Source: a virus
Lineage: Duplodnaviria; Caudoviricetes
DNA: 55,196 nucleotides
IMG/VR virus record: IMGVR_UViG_3300033821_000049
Span: 1-55,196 of that record
Strand: one strand, 5' to 3'
Within the stretch, counting starts at the first letter, position 1; the number at the start of each line of letters is the position of its first letter. The notes below the pieces were generated by a model. That model made no database searches. It was not told the DNA's origin and saw only the letters and a list, made by a program, of their open reading frames with translations. Made by a program: the position numbers and the translations under genes. This document shows positions 1 through 9,976 of the stretch, one piece after another.

Positions 1-1
1 G

Positions 2-70
2 AAAATATTTAAAGCAAATACTGCAATTACACATCAGGAAGAGTTACGTACCCAGAATGTAAATCAATAA
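2..70 (+). CDS. 3' end of an upstream gene (partial)
   Basis: Frame 2 is open from the window edge (KIFKANTAITHQEELRTQNVNQ) to TAA at 68-70. Confidence 0.4.
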   Translation, partial: KIFKANTAITHQEELRTQNVNQ

Positions 71-129
71 ATAATCCAAATATTTTTAGATTTTAATTAA
101 AAACACTTGGATTATTAAATAATTTTTTG

Positions 130-137
130 TAACTTTG
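130..137 (+). promoter_or_regulatory. Bacteroidota-type sigma70 -7 element (TAnnTTTG)
   Basis: TAACTTTG, with CTTG about 20 nt upstream. The same arrangement recurs at several intergenic sites. Confidence 0.5.
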
Positions 138-208
138 ACAAGTTTTTCATTTAAACTTCAATGGTCTGTCCTTCGGACGAGATTAAACACATTCAAATTC
201 AAAACTTT

Positions 209-270
209 TTTAACTTCTGCGAATTTAAACAAAGATTACATTGTTTGTATTTAACTTCTTCGAATTTAAA
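209..270. repeat. Two 21-bp imperfect palindromic direct repeats (operator-like)
   Basis: TTTAACTTCTGCGAATTTAAA (209-229) and TTTAACTTCTTCGAATTTAAA (250-270), one mismatch. Confidence 0.6.
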
Positions 271-463
271 GAAAATTTGTATCACGGGATAAAAATTTCC
301 AATTTTTTTCAAAAATCGAATCACAGTTCAAATATAATCATTAATATGATAAGTTCAAAGACTTTCCAAATAAATTTTAAATAATTTGCATATGAAATTT
401 ATTTTATATATTTTTACACCCAATTAAATAAAATATTAGTTTTTTAAATTAAATCCAATTAAG

Positions 464-1999
464 ATGAATGAAAATTTAACATCAAATGAAAATTCAATTG
501 ATATACCAACAATTGAAATAAATCCTGAATTAAAAAGTTTAATTTATCCTTTATCATCTGAAGAATATGAGCTTCTTGAAAAGAGTATAATTGATGATGG
601 TTGTAGAGATGCACTTATTCTTTGGAATAAAACAATTGTTGATGGGCATAACAGATATGAAATATGTCTTAAACATAATATATTATTTAATACAACCCAA
701 AAAGAATTTGAAAATATTGAATATGCTAAAGAATGGATAATAATTAATCAATTTGGAAGAAGAAATATAAATGATTATGAACGTGCACATTTAGCCAATA
801 TACTTAAAGATATTGAACAAAAAAGATTTACAGAAAAACAAAATGAAATAAAAACTCAAATAGCTGAAGGGGGTCCGCAGATATCTGCGGACCGTACCAA
901 ATTGGTTACGATAAAAAAAGGAAAACATAAAGGTGAAGTTAAATTAGTAACAATAGATTCTCGTGATGAACTTGCTAAAAAAGCTGGTGTTTCATATTTT
1001 ACAATTGATGAAGTAAAAAAAATAGATAATAGTGGTGATGAAGTTATAATAGATGCTACAAAAGCTGGTTCAATTAAAATAAGTCAAGCTGCATTATTGG
1101 TTGATAAAGATACGGATAAAAAAACTTTACAAAAAGCTAAAGAAGCACTTGAATTAATTAATAATGAAGCCAATGATAAAACAGTAGAAGAATTAAGAGC
1201 AGGTAAGAAAAAACTTAATGAGACTCTTAAAGAAATAAAAGCAAAAAAGAAATCAAAAAAACTTCAAGCAAAGAAAGCTGAATATATTGAAAAATTCAAG
1301 GCAGATATGATAATTATACCTGAAGTACATTTAATGGATTGTAAGGACTTTCTTAATACTTTTGAAGACAACTCAATTGAACTTTTATACACTGACCCGC
1401 CATATATGACAGATATTCCAGAAGGTAAAGTTGGAGAATTCGTTGAAAGCTGGTTGAATTTAGCAATTCAAAAGACCAAAAAATCAGGTCGAATGCTCAT
1501 ATTTTCAGGTGCATATCCAATGGAAATTCAAGCATATTTGAATGTGCTTTTAAATCAAGATAAATTTATTGTTGACACTCCTTTGGTTTGGGTATTTAAT
1601 AACACTTTGGGAGTTACACCAAAAATGAAATATAATCTTAACTACCAATTAATATGGCATTTATATAGTAAAGATTCACCAGAATTGGATATTTCAATTA
1701 CTAATGACATGTTGTCGGCTCAAGTAGAAAATGCACCTGATGGTCGCCAAGCAAATAAATTACACACATGGCAGAAGCCAGATGATTTAGCAATAAAACA
1801 TATTACGCAAACCACTAAAGAAGGAGATTTAGTCGTTGACCCTTTCACTTGTACTGGTACTTTCTTAATTGCAGCCAGTAAATTAGGCAGAATTGGTAAA
1901 GGTTGTGATAACAACCAAGCCAATCTGGACATAGCAATTAGCAGAGGGTGTAAATTAATAATCAATGAAGAAATAAAAGAAGAAGATAATGGAAACTGA
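464..1999 (+). CDS. ParB/Srx N-terminal domain fused to an N6/N4 DNA methyltransferase
   Basis: N-terminal ParB motif LEKSI..DG..DALI....IVDGHNRY; C-terminal catalytic TDPPY, H..QKP and SAM-binding VVDPFTCTGT. Confidence 0.85.
   Translation: MNENLTSNENSIDIPTIEINPELKSLIYPLSSEEYELLEKSIIDDGCRDALILWNKTIVDGHNRYEICLKHNILFNTTQKEFENIEYAKEWIIINQFGRRNINDYERAHLANILKDIEQKRFTEKQNEIKTQIAEGGPQISADRTKLVTIKKGKHKGEVKLVTIDSRDELAKKAGVSYFTIDEVKKIDNSGDEVIIDATKAGSIKISQAALLVDKDTDKKTLQKAKEALELINNEANDKTVEELRAGKKKLNETLKEIKAKKKSKKLQAKKAEYIEKFKADMIIIPEVHLMDCKDFLNTFEDNSIELLYTDPPYMTDIPEGKVGEFVESWLNLAIQKTKKSGRMLIFSGAYPMEIQAYLNVLLNQDKFIVDTPLVWVFNNTLGVTPKMKYNLNYQLIWHLYSKDSPELDISITNDMLSAQVENAPDGRQANKLHTWQKPDDLAIKHITQTTKEGDLVVDPFTCTGTFLIAASKLGRIGKGCDNNQANLDIAISRGCKLIINEEIKEEDNGN
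872..893. repeat. Perfect 22-bp GC-rich palindrome inside the ParB-MTase gene
   Basis: GGTCCGCAGAT|ATCTGCGGACC. Confidence 0.9.
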
Positions 2000-2555
2000 T
2001 TCACAAGAAAAAGTAAAAAAAGATATTAAAGATACTGTCAGAGCAATTAGAAGTATAGAGAATCATGTTATTCCAAAATTAATATCTGGTACTATTATTG
2101 AAGTTGAATCAGAGAAAGATGAATTAAAAAAAACGCTTGACGTAAAGTCAGGCATTGATTATTTTCGAGAAGATCAATATGGTTTGCAGGGTATTGCATC
2201 AAGAGTACAGTTTGGATATATAAAAAATACGTTTACTATTAGAACTGAAAGAGAATCGGGTAACACTACTGAGTTAGAAAAAAGAATTTATGCAATTATA
2301 TATAGATATCTTTATCCTGAATTTACTTGGCAGGCGTATTTTGATAATTCAACTGATCTTAAATTATATAGTATTGCAATAATAAAAACAATTGATCTAT
2401 TTGGATATTATTTAACACATCCTAAAGAATTTAAAGAAAATGAATCAAATGCTAAATTTATATATATTGAGTGGGAGCGTTTAAAAGAAAAAAATCTCCG
2501 AATTAAGATTTATGAAGAAGCTAAAAAAGATTTTTATATAGATACACCTTTTTAA
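1989..2555 (+). CDS. Hypothetical protein, possibly a PD-(D/E)XK-like nuclease partner of the MTase
   Basis: Overlaps the MTase stop; LDVKSGIDYF...GIASRVQ resembles a restriction-endonuclease-like core. Confidence 0.45.
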   Translation: METDSQEKVKKDIKDTVRAIRSIENHVIPKLISGTIIEVESEKDELKKTLDVKSGIDYFREDQYGLQGIASRVQFGYIKNTFTIRTERESGNTTELEKRIYAIIYRYLYPEFTWQAYFDNSTDLKLYSIAIIKTIDLFGYYLTHPKEFKENESNAKFIYIEWERLKEKNLRIKIYEEAKKDFYIDTPF

Positions 2556-2597
2556 CATACCAGCATAACTTCACACTTTTTTAAATTTATATTTCAA

Positions 2598-2605
2598 GTA
2601 TTTAT
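2598..2605 (+). promoter_or_regulatory. Putative phage late-promoter motif GTATTTAT
   Basis: Lies just upstream of the ATG at 2620. Recurs intergenically at 17449, 18539, 22689, 24325, 30871, 31375, 36561, 47136 and 49135, and as CTATTTAT at 43651. Confidence 0.55.
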
Positions 2606-2619
2606 TTAAAAAAGTATTA

Positions 2620-5600
2620 ATGGCAAGTGATAACAGCATAAATCAACCACAGACAATTTTTGCAGGTGCTACTTCGGGTAATGATTTTAGTAACAATGGT
2701 GGCAATTCAAGATTGTTGGTTAATTCAGCTAATTTAAGAAATGTGCTGGAATCAAGAAATTTATATACTCCTGATGTTGAATATCCGCTTAATCCAAACA
2801 GCGTACAAAAAGTTATAAATGCTATTAGTAGTATTGGTTCGGCACTTGCTCCATTTAGTGGTTTTGATTTAAAAAATAGTGCAATTGGTAATGTTGCAAG
2901 TCTTATTGGTAATAGTACACCATTGAGTGAAATTGGTTTGGTGATGTTGGGTAAACAATTTGCAATGAATTTTTCTTCACATATTGCACAACAAACATTA
3001 CCACAAATTGATTTGGGCGGTTTTCTTAAAGGTGGACAATTATTTAGAAAGAATGTCGATTATAAAATAACTAAAGTACCACAATCAGGATTTCAAAACT
3101 TTCTCGATGACCTGATATTCAATAATCCAACAAATAAAAATCCTTTTACAAAAAATCCAACCAATGATGATTATATTAATAATACTGGTACTGGACAATT
3201 AGGAAAATTATATGATGCAATAAATCAGAACATATATAAAGAGAGCAAATTGGATAGTAGCACACTTTATAGTGCAGCAAGCGGTGCTGGTGCAAAAATA
3301 TTACCAAGAGGTATTGTTTTAGGTGGAAATGATAAACAAGTAGGTACTGGTCAAGACGATAAAAGATTTTTTAATTTTGATAATAAATATTTTAACGCTT
3401 ATTTATCACATGATTTTGTAAAAAGTAGTATATCAATTACTAATGCAAATATAAGTATGATCAGTGCATATATCAATGAAGAAGGTGACAGTCCTGAATA
3501 TGCTCCTAATCAAGATTTTATAGATAATAATTTTGGTACTACTGAAAAAACTGTTGATACTAATAATGTCTGGAATGATAATGCTCAAAATCCTTGGGTT
3601 AATAACAATAAAGAATTTGGCAATGATAATATAGGTAATAAACTTATCTGGGGTAGAGATGGAATTACTAATGATGCAAATAATAATATTAATGATTTAC
3701 GTGGAACATCCAATCATGCTGATGAACAGGTAAATCCTTCTGGTTCAATAAATGCTCAATATAATATACGTGCGGGATTATTAGAATATACTCGAAATTT
3801 ATTAAATGCGACAAACGGAAAGATTGTTGATATAACAAGAAAAGCATTTACAAAGAATGGTAAGGTTGATGGATTTAATGGTTCTGCATTATGGAAAGCT
3901 AATTCAAGTACATATGCAAGTGACCCGAATAATAATATTGCTGGTGTAACTGGTGTACGTCAACATAGTAGTTTAGATCAATATGATAGATTTGCAAAAG
4001 CAATTAGATTCGATGGTAATCAGGTTTATGGCGGAAATAAAGATTCTGTAATTTATAAGTCAGTAATACCACGTATTCATCCAACACTTGAGAAAGACGG
4101 AACAATTAATCCAAAAAACTTAATGTTTTCAATTGAAAATCTTGCAGTTAGGGTATTAAGTAAAGATACATATGGTATTATTGATGATGAATATGGTTCA
4201 CCAATACCTGCGTGTGAGGTCGGTCCGTTCAATGGGCGAATCATGTGGTTTCCTCCATATAATCTTGAAATTCAGGAAACAAGTAGTGCTAAATTCGAAC
4301 CAACAATGATAATTGGTAGAAATGAACCAATGTATAACTATATAAGTTCAGAAAGAGGGGCAACACTTAGTTTTACATTACTTGTTGATTATCCACAGCA
4401 ATTAAAGAATTATGCTAATACGACAGGCAAACAAAGAGAAATTGCTGAGTTTTTTGCATTTGGCGGTGACCCATTCGTTGATAAATTCGTATCAATTGAA
4501 AATTATGAGTTCAAAATTGCTAAATTACAAAGTGATATTGAGACAATAAAAGGAAAAACAAAACCTGCAGAACCAAATGATCTTCCAGAAACAAAAATTA
4601 CAATTGTATTTCCAAATGACGTACCTTCAGTAAATGATAATCTTAATACAATTATTGATGATTTATATACAAAATATACTTATGAAATTTACGATGGATT
4701 ACCTTCATCAGATATTACAAGTTGGGGGTTAAATATTGATAGTTATTTTAAAACAGGTATAACACAATCTGCAATTGTTAATGGAAACCAAACATATAAA
4801 TTGACAGGTGGGAGTTCACAATATACTTCAGTGGGACTTACTGATCAATTTGGTAATAATGTATTAAATAATGCACTTTTTAATATTTTTAATGATGAAA
4901 ATAATAGAATTGTTTATAGTGTTTATATTCATGGTGCTGCATCTAAATTATTTTTAGGTGCAGGTGGTGCACAATACAATTATTTGTTGGGTGAAAGAAG
5001 AGCGCAGGCAGTACAAAATTTAGTTAAAGCAAAATTGGTTGCAATGTTCGGAGAATCTATTGCTGATAATATTGAAGTTACTTGGGATACTGTGCTTGGT
5101 GAAAGCGTTGGTGATGTTCAGGCAAGCGATGCTACTGCTACAAAAGCAGCTATTCCATATAAAGAAACTAAACAAGCGAGATATGCAGAAATTGATATTC
5201 ATAAGAATGGTAGAACATTACCACCAGTAAAGGCAGATTTAAGTCCAACAGACACAACTAATATTTCAAAATTACAATCACAAATTGAAGCTACCAAGAC
5301 TCAGATCAGACAAATAAAAACCAGCTTATCTTGTGTATTAAATGAGAGAGGAACGACTACTGCAAATGGTACTACTGATACAGGAATTCTTCATGGTTTT
5401 GATTCAATTAGCGGTAATTATTATTATCCAGTATTTCATAGTCAAACACCTGAAGATATGCATAAAAGATTAACATTTTTACATCAATGTCAAAGACAAG
5501 GTGCTTCAAAAAGATGGAATAGTCCTGACCCTGCAAATGCTACAGGACCTGCCAGTATATCTGCAAAAAATTCAGTATTTGGTCGTCAGCCAATATGTAT

Positions 5601-5988
5601 TTTAAGGGTAGGTGACTTTTTTTACACAAAGGTTATAATTGAAAATTATACTATTGATTATTCTGATACTACTTGGGATATGAACCCAGAAGGTTTTGGT
5701 ATGCAACCAATGTTAGCAAAAGTTACTTTACAATTGAAGTTAATCGGTGGTCAATCATTAAAAGGACCGATTGATGCTTTGCAGAATGCAGTTACTTTCA
5801 ATTATTATGCAAACTCTTCTTATACAAATGCTGGTATGTATAAATTACCTTCAAAACAAGCTGATAAACAAGAGTCATTTATTAGAGAAATATTGACTGC
5901 CGAACAAGCACAAATGAAGACAATTGATGATGAGCGTACAGTAAAAGCAATAATTAATTCGGTAATACAAAACAATTTAATGGGTTAA
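2620..5988 (+). CDS. Large virion/baseplate-associated protein with an inserted OmpA-like peptidoglycan-binding domain
   Basis: Tube/baseplate-like segments (WFPPYNL...IIGRNEPMYNY...ERGATLSFTLLVDYP; FGRQPICILRVGDFF) flank an OmpA-like IHGAAS...YNYLLGERRAQAV...QARYAEI; next to a LysM-like gene. Confidence 0.55.
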   Translation: MASDNSINQPQTIFAGATSGNDFSNNGGNSRLLVNSANLRNVLESRNLYTPDVEYPLNPNSVQKVINAISSIGSALAPFSGFDLKNSAIGNVASLIGNSTPLSEIGLVMLGKQFAMNFSSHIAQQTLPQIDLGGFLKGGQLFRKNVDYKITKVPQSGFQNFLDDLIFNNPTNKNPFTKNPTNDDYINNTGTGQLGKLYDAINQNIYKESKLDSSTLYSAASGAGAKILPRGIVLGGNDKQVGTGQDDKRFFNFDNKYFNAYLSHDFVKSSISITNANISMISAYINEEGDSPEYAPNQDFIDNNFGTTEKTVDTNNVWNDNAQNPWVNNNKEFGNDNIGNKLIWGRDGITNDANNNINDLRGTSNHADEQVNPSGSINAQYNIRAGLLEYTRNLLNATNGKIVDITRKAFTKNGKVDGFNGSALWKANSSTYASDPNNNIAGVTGVRQHSSLDQYDRFAKAIRFDGNQVYGGNKDSVIYKSVIPRIHPTLEKDGTINPKNLMFSIENLAVRVLSKDTYGIIDDEYGSPIPACEVGPFNGRIMWFPPYNLEIQETSSAKFEPTMIIGRNEPMYNYISSERGATLSFTLLVDYPQQLKNYANTTGKQREIAEFFAFGGDPFVDKFVSIENYEFKIAKLQSDIETIKGKTKPAEPNDLPETKITIVFPNDVPSVNDNLNTIIDDLYTKYTYEIYDGLPSSDITSWGLNIDSYFKTGITQSAIVNGNQTYKLTGGSSQYTSVGLTDQFGNNVLNNALFNIFNDENNRIVYSVYIHGAASKLFLGAGGAQYNYLLGERRAQAVQNLVKAKLVAMFGESIADNIEVTWDTVLGESVGDVQASDATATKAAIPYKETKQARYAEIDIHKNGRTLPPVKADLSPTDTTNISKLQSQIEATKTQIRQIKTSLSCVLNERGTTTANGTTDTGILHGFDSISGNYYYPVFHSQTPEDMHKRLTFLHQCQRQGASKRWNSPDPANATGPASISAKNSVFGRQPICILRVGDFFYTKVIIENYTIDYSDTTWDMNPEGFGMQPMLAKVTLQLKLIGGQSLKGPIDALQNAVTFNYYANSSYTNAGMYKLPSKQADKQESFIREILTAEQAQMKTIDDERTVKAIINSVIQNNLMG

Positions 5989-6005
5989 TTTAAAATTATT
6001 TAATT

Positions 6006-6320
6006 ATGCCAAATATAGATTATGACAGATATGCAATATTAAGAAATGGTGATGGCACTGTTGATGCGATGCCATATGTTAATTTACCTGTAAATCCAAG
6101 TGATAAATATGAATATTGGAATTCGGATTTCAGCAGAATGGACAAACTTAGTCAAAAATATTATGGAAATCCGTTTTATGATTTCTTTATTTTATACGCA
6201 AATGGTCAATTTGCTTCAGAATTCGACATACCTGATGGCACACTGATTAGAATACCATTTCCTTTAACTAAGGTTAAGGGAGATTACGAAGCAATATTAA
6301 CTGCATATAAAATGCAATAA
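6006..6320 (+). CDS. LysM-like baseplate wedge protein (T4 gp53/P2 gpX-like)
   Basis: RMDKLSQKYYGNPFYDFFILYAN...IPDGTLIRIP pattern. Confidence 0.65.
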   Translation: MPNIDYDRYAILRNGDGTVDAMPYVNLPVNPSDKYEYWNSDFSRMDKLSQKYYGNPFYDFFILYANGQFASEFDIPDGTLIRIPFPLTKVKGDYEAILTAYKMQ

Positions 6321-6346
6321 CTCTTGACAATCTAAATTAAAATGAT

Positions 6347-6354
6347 TATGTTTG
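6347..6354 (+). promoter_or_regulatory. Bacteroidota-type sigma70 promoter
   Basis: CTTG at about 6323 and TATGTTTG at 6347-6354. Confidence 0.55.
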
Positions 6355-6374
6355 CAATTGCTAAAATTGTAAAC

Positions 6375-7448
6375 ATGAATTGGACAGATAATGAAATTCA
6401 ATTTCTAATAAATAATTATCCTGAAAATGGTATTCATTTTTGTGCACATAACTTAAATAAAACTAATATTTCAATTGAAAGAAAGGCAGGTCGTCTAAAA
6501 ATTTTTAAAAATTCAAGAAGTATTAGTTGGACTGAAAAAGATGAAAAATTTTTAATAAATAACTATTCAAAATATGGTGTAAAATTTTGTTCAGATAGTT
6601 TAAAGAGAACAGAGGGGGCAATAATAACGAAAGCAAGAAGATTAAAAATAAAATATAGAAAAAATTTAACAAAAGATGAATGTACTTTAATATGTAAAAA
6701 ATATAATAATTATACCGAATTTTATAAAAATGAATTCAAGTTATATAATTTTATATTTTTAAGAGGATGGTTGGATGAATTAACTCATCATATGATTAGA
6801 ATAAAAAATAAATCTATTTTTTGGACAAAAGAAGATTGCATTAAAGAATCTTCAAAATATAAAACAATTAAAGAATGGATTAAAAATTCAAGATCGTCAT
6901 ATAGAGCAGCACACATAAATAAATGGTTTGAAGAATGCTCTTCAAATATGATTAAATTAGGCAGTAGACAATTAAGAGCAATATACTCTTTTGAATTTAG
7001 TGACAATCATGTATATGTAGGATTAACATACTCACCTGAAATTAGAAAAAAATATCATTTAAATAATGAGAATAGTCCAATTTATCAACATATAATAAAA
7101 AGTAAAATAATTCCTGAGTTTAAAATATTAACAGATTATCTTGAAAGGGATATTGCATCAATTAAAGAGGGTGATATATTAAATGGTTATATTGGTTGTG
7201 GTTGGATAGCTTTAAATAAAGTTAAAACAGGTGGTTTGGGTGGTAATCGTCTTATTTGGAATAAAAATAATTGTATAATTGAAGCAAAAAAATATAAAAC
7301 AAGAAAAGAATTTAGTTTAAAAAACAATAGTGCATATGGTTCAGCAAGAAGAAATGGATGGTTAAACGACTGTTGTACTCATATGAAACCAATAAATTTT
7401 ATATATGAAAAAAAAGATTGTAGTAGTGTTTTCCTCACACTTGGGTGA
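6375..7448 (+). CDS. GIY-YIG-like homing endonuclease with helical WT..E repeats (start moved to ATG 6375)
   Basis: AIYSFEFSDNHVYVGLT...LNKVKTGGLGG catalytic region; repeated WT.E.C...A.KY..GWLDE units; the promoter overlaps the longer ORF start at 6342. Confidence 0.7.
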   Translation: MNWTDNEIQFLINNYPENGIHFCAHNLNKTNISIERKAGRLKIFKNSRSISWTEKDEKFLINNYSKYGVKFCSDSLKRTEGAIITKARRLKIKYRKNLTKDECTLICKKYNNYTEFYKNEFKLYNFIFLRGWLDELTHHMIRIKNKSIFWTKEDCIKESSKYKTIKEWIKNSRSSYRAAHINKWFEECSSNMIKLGSRQLRAIYSFEFSDNHVYVGLTYSPEIRKKYHLNNENSPIYQHIIKSKIIPEFKILTDYLERDIASIKEGDILNGYIGCGWIALNKVKTGGLGGNRLIWNKNNCIIEAKKYKTRKEFSLKNNSAYGSARRNGWLNDCCTHMKPINFIYEKKDCSSVFLTLG

Positions 7449-8718
7449 TGAAATTAATAATAAATTTATTAAACATATTGATGATACTATTGGTGTAAAT
7501 CATGAGGTTGTGTGTTATACCAATTATAATCAGTTTAGTCTTTCTGAAATATACAATAAAGCTATTAAAGAGCATAATAGTCCCGATGCAATTTTTGTAT
7601 TTTGTCACCCGGATATTGTTATTAAAACTCGCACGTGGGGTAGATTATTATTAAGTAAATTTAATAACAGTGATTTTAGCATAATTGGAGTAGCTGGCAC
7701 TACATTTTTGGACACTAATGCTCAGTGGTGGTCCTCTCGGTCAACCATGTGCGGAGTCGTAGAGCATACTGATGGCATTCAAACATGGGTAAGTGAATAT
7801 GCAGTACCAATTAAAGGATATACAAAACCAGTTGTTTTGGTTGATGGTGTGTTTATGGCTGTTGATTGTGATAGACTACAACATCAATGGGATGAAGATT
7901 TTAAAGGCTTCCATCTCTATGATTTAGGACTTTGCATTCCTAATTATTTGGACGGGTGTGAAATTGGTGTTACGACTGATATAAGAATATTACATCAGTC
8001 AGTAGGTATGGTAAATGAACAATGGGAAAATAATAGAAAACAGTTTGCAGAAAAATATAAAGATGAATTGCCACTTTATTACTCAGCAGGTGATGTTGAC
8101 GACATTCTTGTTAATATAATAACAAGAACGCATAATAGACATACAAATTTTATAATTTGTCGAGAATCAATATTACAACAGTCATATAAAAATATTAATC
8201 ATATTGTTGGCACAGATACTGAATGTGATTATTATAATGCAATTAAATTATCGCCTAAAGAAGTTCAACAGCCTCAATTAATGCCAGAGTATAAAACATA
8301 TCCAGCACCTTGGAATTTACATTTAAATGAATTAAATACTTATGTTAAAAATGGTTGGATAAGTTATTTGGATGATGATGATATGTTTAGTAATCGTAAT
8401 GCAGTTAAAATTATTGTAAATAATGTTGATAATGACGACCAACTTTTACTTTGGAGAGTAAATATTAAATTAAGTAACAATAGCTGGATTGTGCCAAGCA
8501 ATGAAGCATTTGGAAGAAAAATTGAAGCTGGAAATTTTTCAGGAATTGGCATGATGTTTCATAGCAAACATTTGCCAGTTGATTGGGGTTCATGGAGTTA
8601 TGGTGATTTCAGAGTAGTTAGTCAATTATTAGCAAAAAAATTAAAACCTAAATGGATTGATTTAGTTTTAACAGAAACTCAAGGCACACCAAATAATGGG
8701 AGAATACCAAATGTTTAA
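7405..8718 (+). CDS. Two-domain GT-A (family 2-like) glycosyltransferase
   Basis: VFCHPDI, DGVFMAV, WDEDFKGFHLYDL in the N-domain; IITRTHNR and YLDDDD in the C-domain. Confidence 0.8.
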   Translation: MKKKIVVVFSSHLGDEINNKFIKHIDDTIGVNHEVVCYTNYNQFSLSEIYNKAIKEHNSPDAIFVFCHPDIVIKTRTWGRLLLSKFNNSDFSIIGVAGTTFLDTNAQWWSSRSTMCGVVEHTDGIQTWVSEYAVPIKGYTKPVVLVDGVFMAVDCDRLQHQWDEDFKGFHLYDLGLCIPNYLDGCEIGVTTDIRILHQSVGMVNEQWENNRKQFAEKYKDELPLYYSAGDVDDILVNIITRTHNRHTNFIICRESILQQSYKNINHIVGTDTECDYYNAIKLSPKEVQQPQLMPEYKTYPAPWNLHLNELNTYVKNGWISYLDDDDMFSNRNAVKIIVNNVDNDDQLLLWRVNIKLSNNSWIVPSNEAFGRKIEAGNFSGIGMMFHSKHLPVDWGSWSYGDFRVVSQLLAKKLKPKWIDLVLTETQGTPNNGRIPNV

Positions 8719-8726
8719 ACCTTTTA

Positions 8727-9398
8727 ATGAATATATTTAATGTTGCAACATATAAAAGAGACACATGTTTATTTAAAACTATTGATTCAATATACAATCA
8801 AGCAGATGTTATTAATATTGCATTAAATTCACATAAGGAAGTGCCTGATAAATTACAGAACGATTCTAAGATTAATTGTTTTATTACAGATAATTCAATT
8901 GGTGACGGATTTAAGTTTTTAAAACTAGAAGAATCTGATGGTTATTTTTTTACAATAGATGACGATCTTATATATCCAAAAAACTATGCAGAATATTTAA
9001 TTGAGAAATTTGAATATTATAAAAGAAATTTTATTGTATCATTACATGGTAGAAACTTTTTACAACATCCAGTTCAATCGTATTATCGTTCTCAGCATGA
9101 GAATTACAGGTGCTTGGGCACTGTTTTAAATGATGTTATGGTTGAACTTGGTGGTACAGGAGTTATGATGTTTCATACTGATTTACTTAAATTCTCATAC
9201 AAAGATATTTTATCTGCCAATATGGGAGATATTTGGTTAGCAAAATTTGCACATGAAAAGAACATTAAAATTGTTTGTATTAAACACGATGAAAAGTATT
9301 TAGGTTATCAGAGTGAAGTTGGAAATGATACTATTTTTAATAAAAATGCATATAATGATAATGTACAAACTGAGCTTGTAAATAAAATTAAATTTTAA
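8727..9398 (+). CDS. GT-A glycosyltransferase
   Basis: VATYKR, FTIDDDLIYP, GGTGVM and NMGDIW motifs. Confidence 0.75.
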   Translation: MNIFNVATYKRDTCLFKTIDSIYNQADVINIALNSHKEVPDKLQNDSKINCFITDNSIGDGFKFLKLEESDGYFFTIDDDLIYPKNYAEYLIEKFEYYKRNFIVSLHGRNFLQHPVQSYYRSQHENYRCLGTVLNDVMVELGGTGVMMFHTDLLKFSYKDILSANMGDIWLAKFAHEKNIKIVCIKHDEKYLGYQSEVGNDTIFNKNAYNDNVQTELVNKIKF

Positions 9399-9412
9399 AA
9401 CTGTTAATTATA

Positions 9413-9973
9413 ATGAATAATAGTGAATTTAATAGTAAAGAATATTGGGAAAATAGATATAAATCTGGTGACGATTCGGGTATTGGCTCAAAAGGTATTA
9501 TTGCACAATATAAGGCAGCAATAATAAACAATTTTGTTAAAGAAAATAACGTTCAGACAGTTTGTGAACTTGGTTGTGGTGATATACAATTTAGTTTATA
9601 TAATGTGCCTGAGTTTACTGGTTATGATGTTAGTGATTTTGTTATTGAACGAAATAAAAAATTATACGAACATAAATTTACCACACTAATGAGTGATCTT
9701 ACGTCATATGATTTAACCATGTCATTGGATGTAATACTTCATTTAATTGAAGATGAGGTTTATTATCAATATATGAAAGACTTGTTTAGATTAAGTAAGA
9801 AATATGTAATTATTTATAGTCCTGACAGAGATCAAATTTTTTCTGGTATACATAATAAATTTAGAAAATTTACATCAGATGTACCAAAAGAATTTAAATT
9901 AATAGAGTTAATTAATAATCCATATAAGGGAGAATATACTCAAGCAGATTTTTATATTTTTAAAAAAGAATAA
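9413..9973 (+). CDS. Class I SAM-dependent methyltransferase
   Basis: YWENRY..G..SG.GS, VCELGCGD, GYDVS, SLDVILHL. Confidence 0.8.
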   Translation: MNNSEFNSKEYWENRYKSGDDSGIGSKGIIAQYKAAIINNFVKENNVQTVCELGCGDIQFSLYNVPEFTGYDVSDFVIERNKKLYEHKFTTLMSDLTSYDLTMSLDVILHLIEDEVYYQYMKDLFRLSKKYVIIYSPDRDQIFSGIHNKFRKFTSDVPKEFKLIELINNPYKGEYTQADFYIFKKE

Positions 9974-9976
9974 TTA

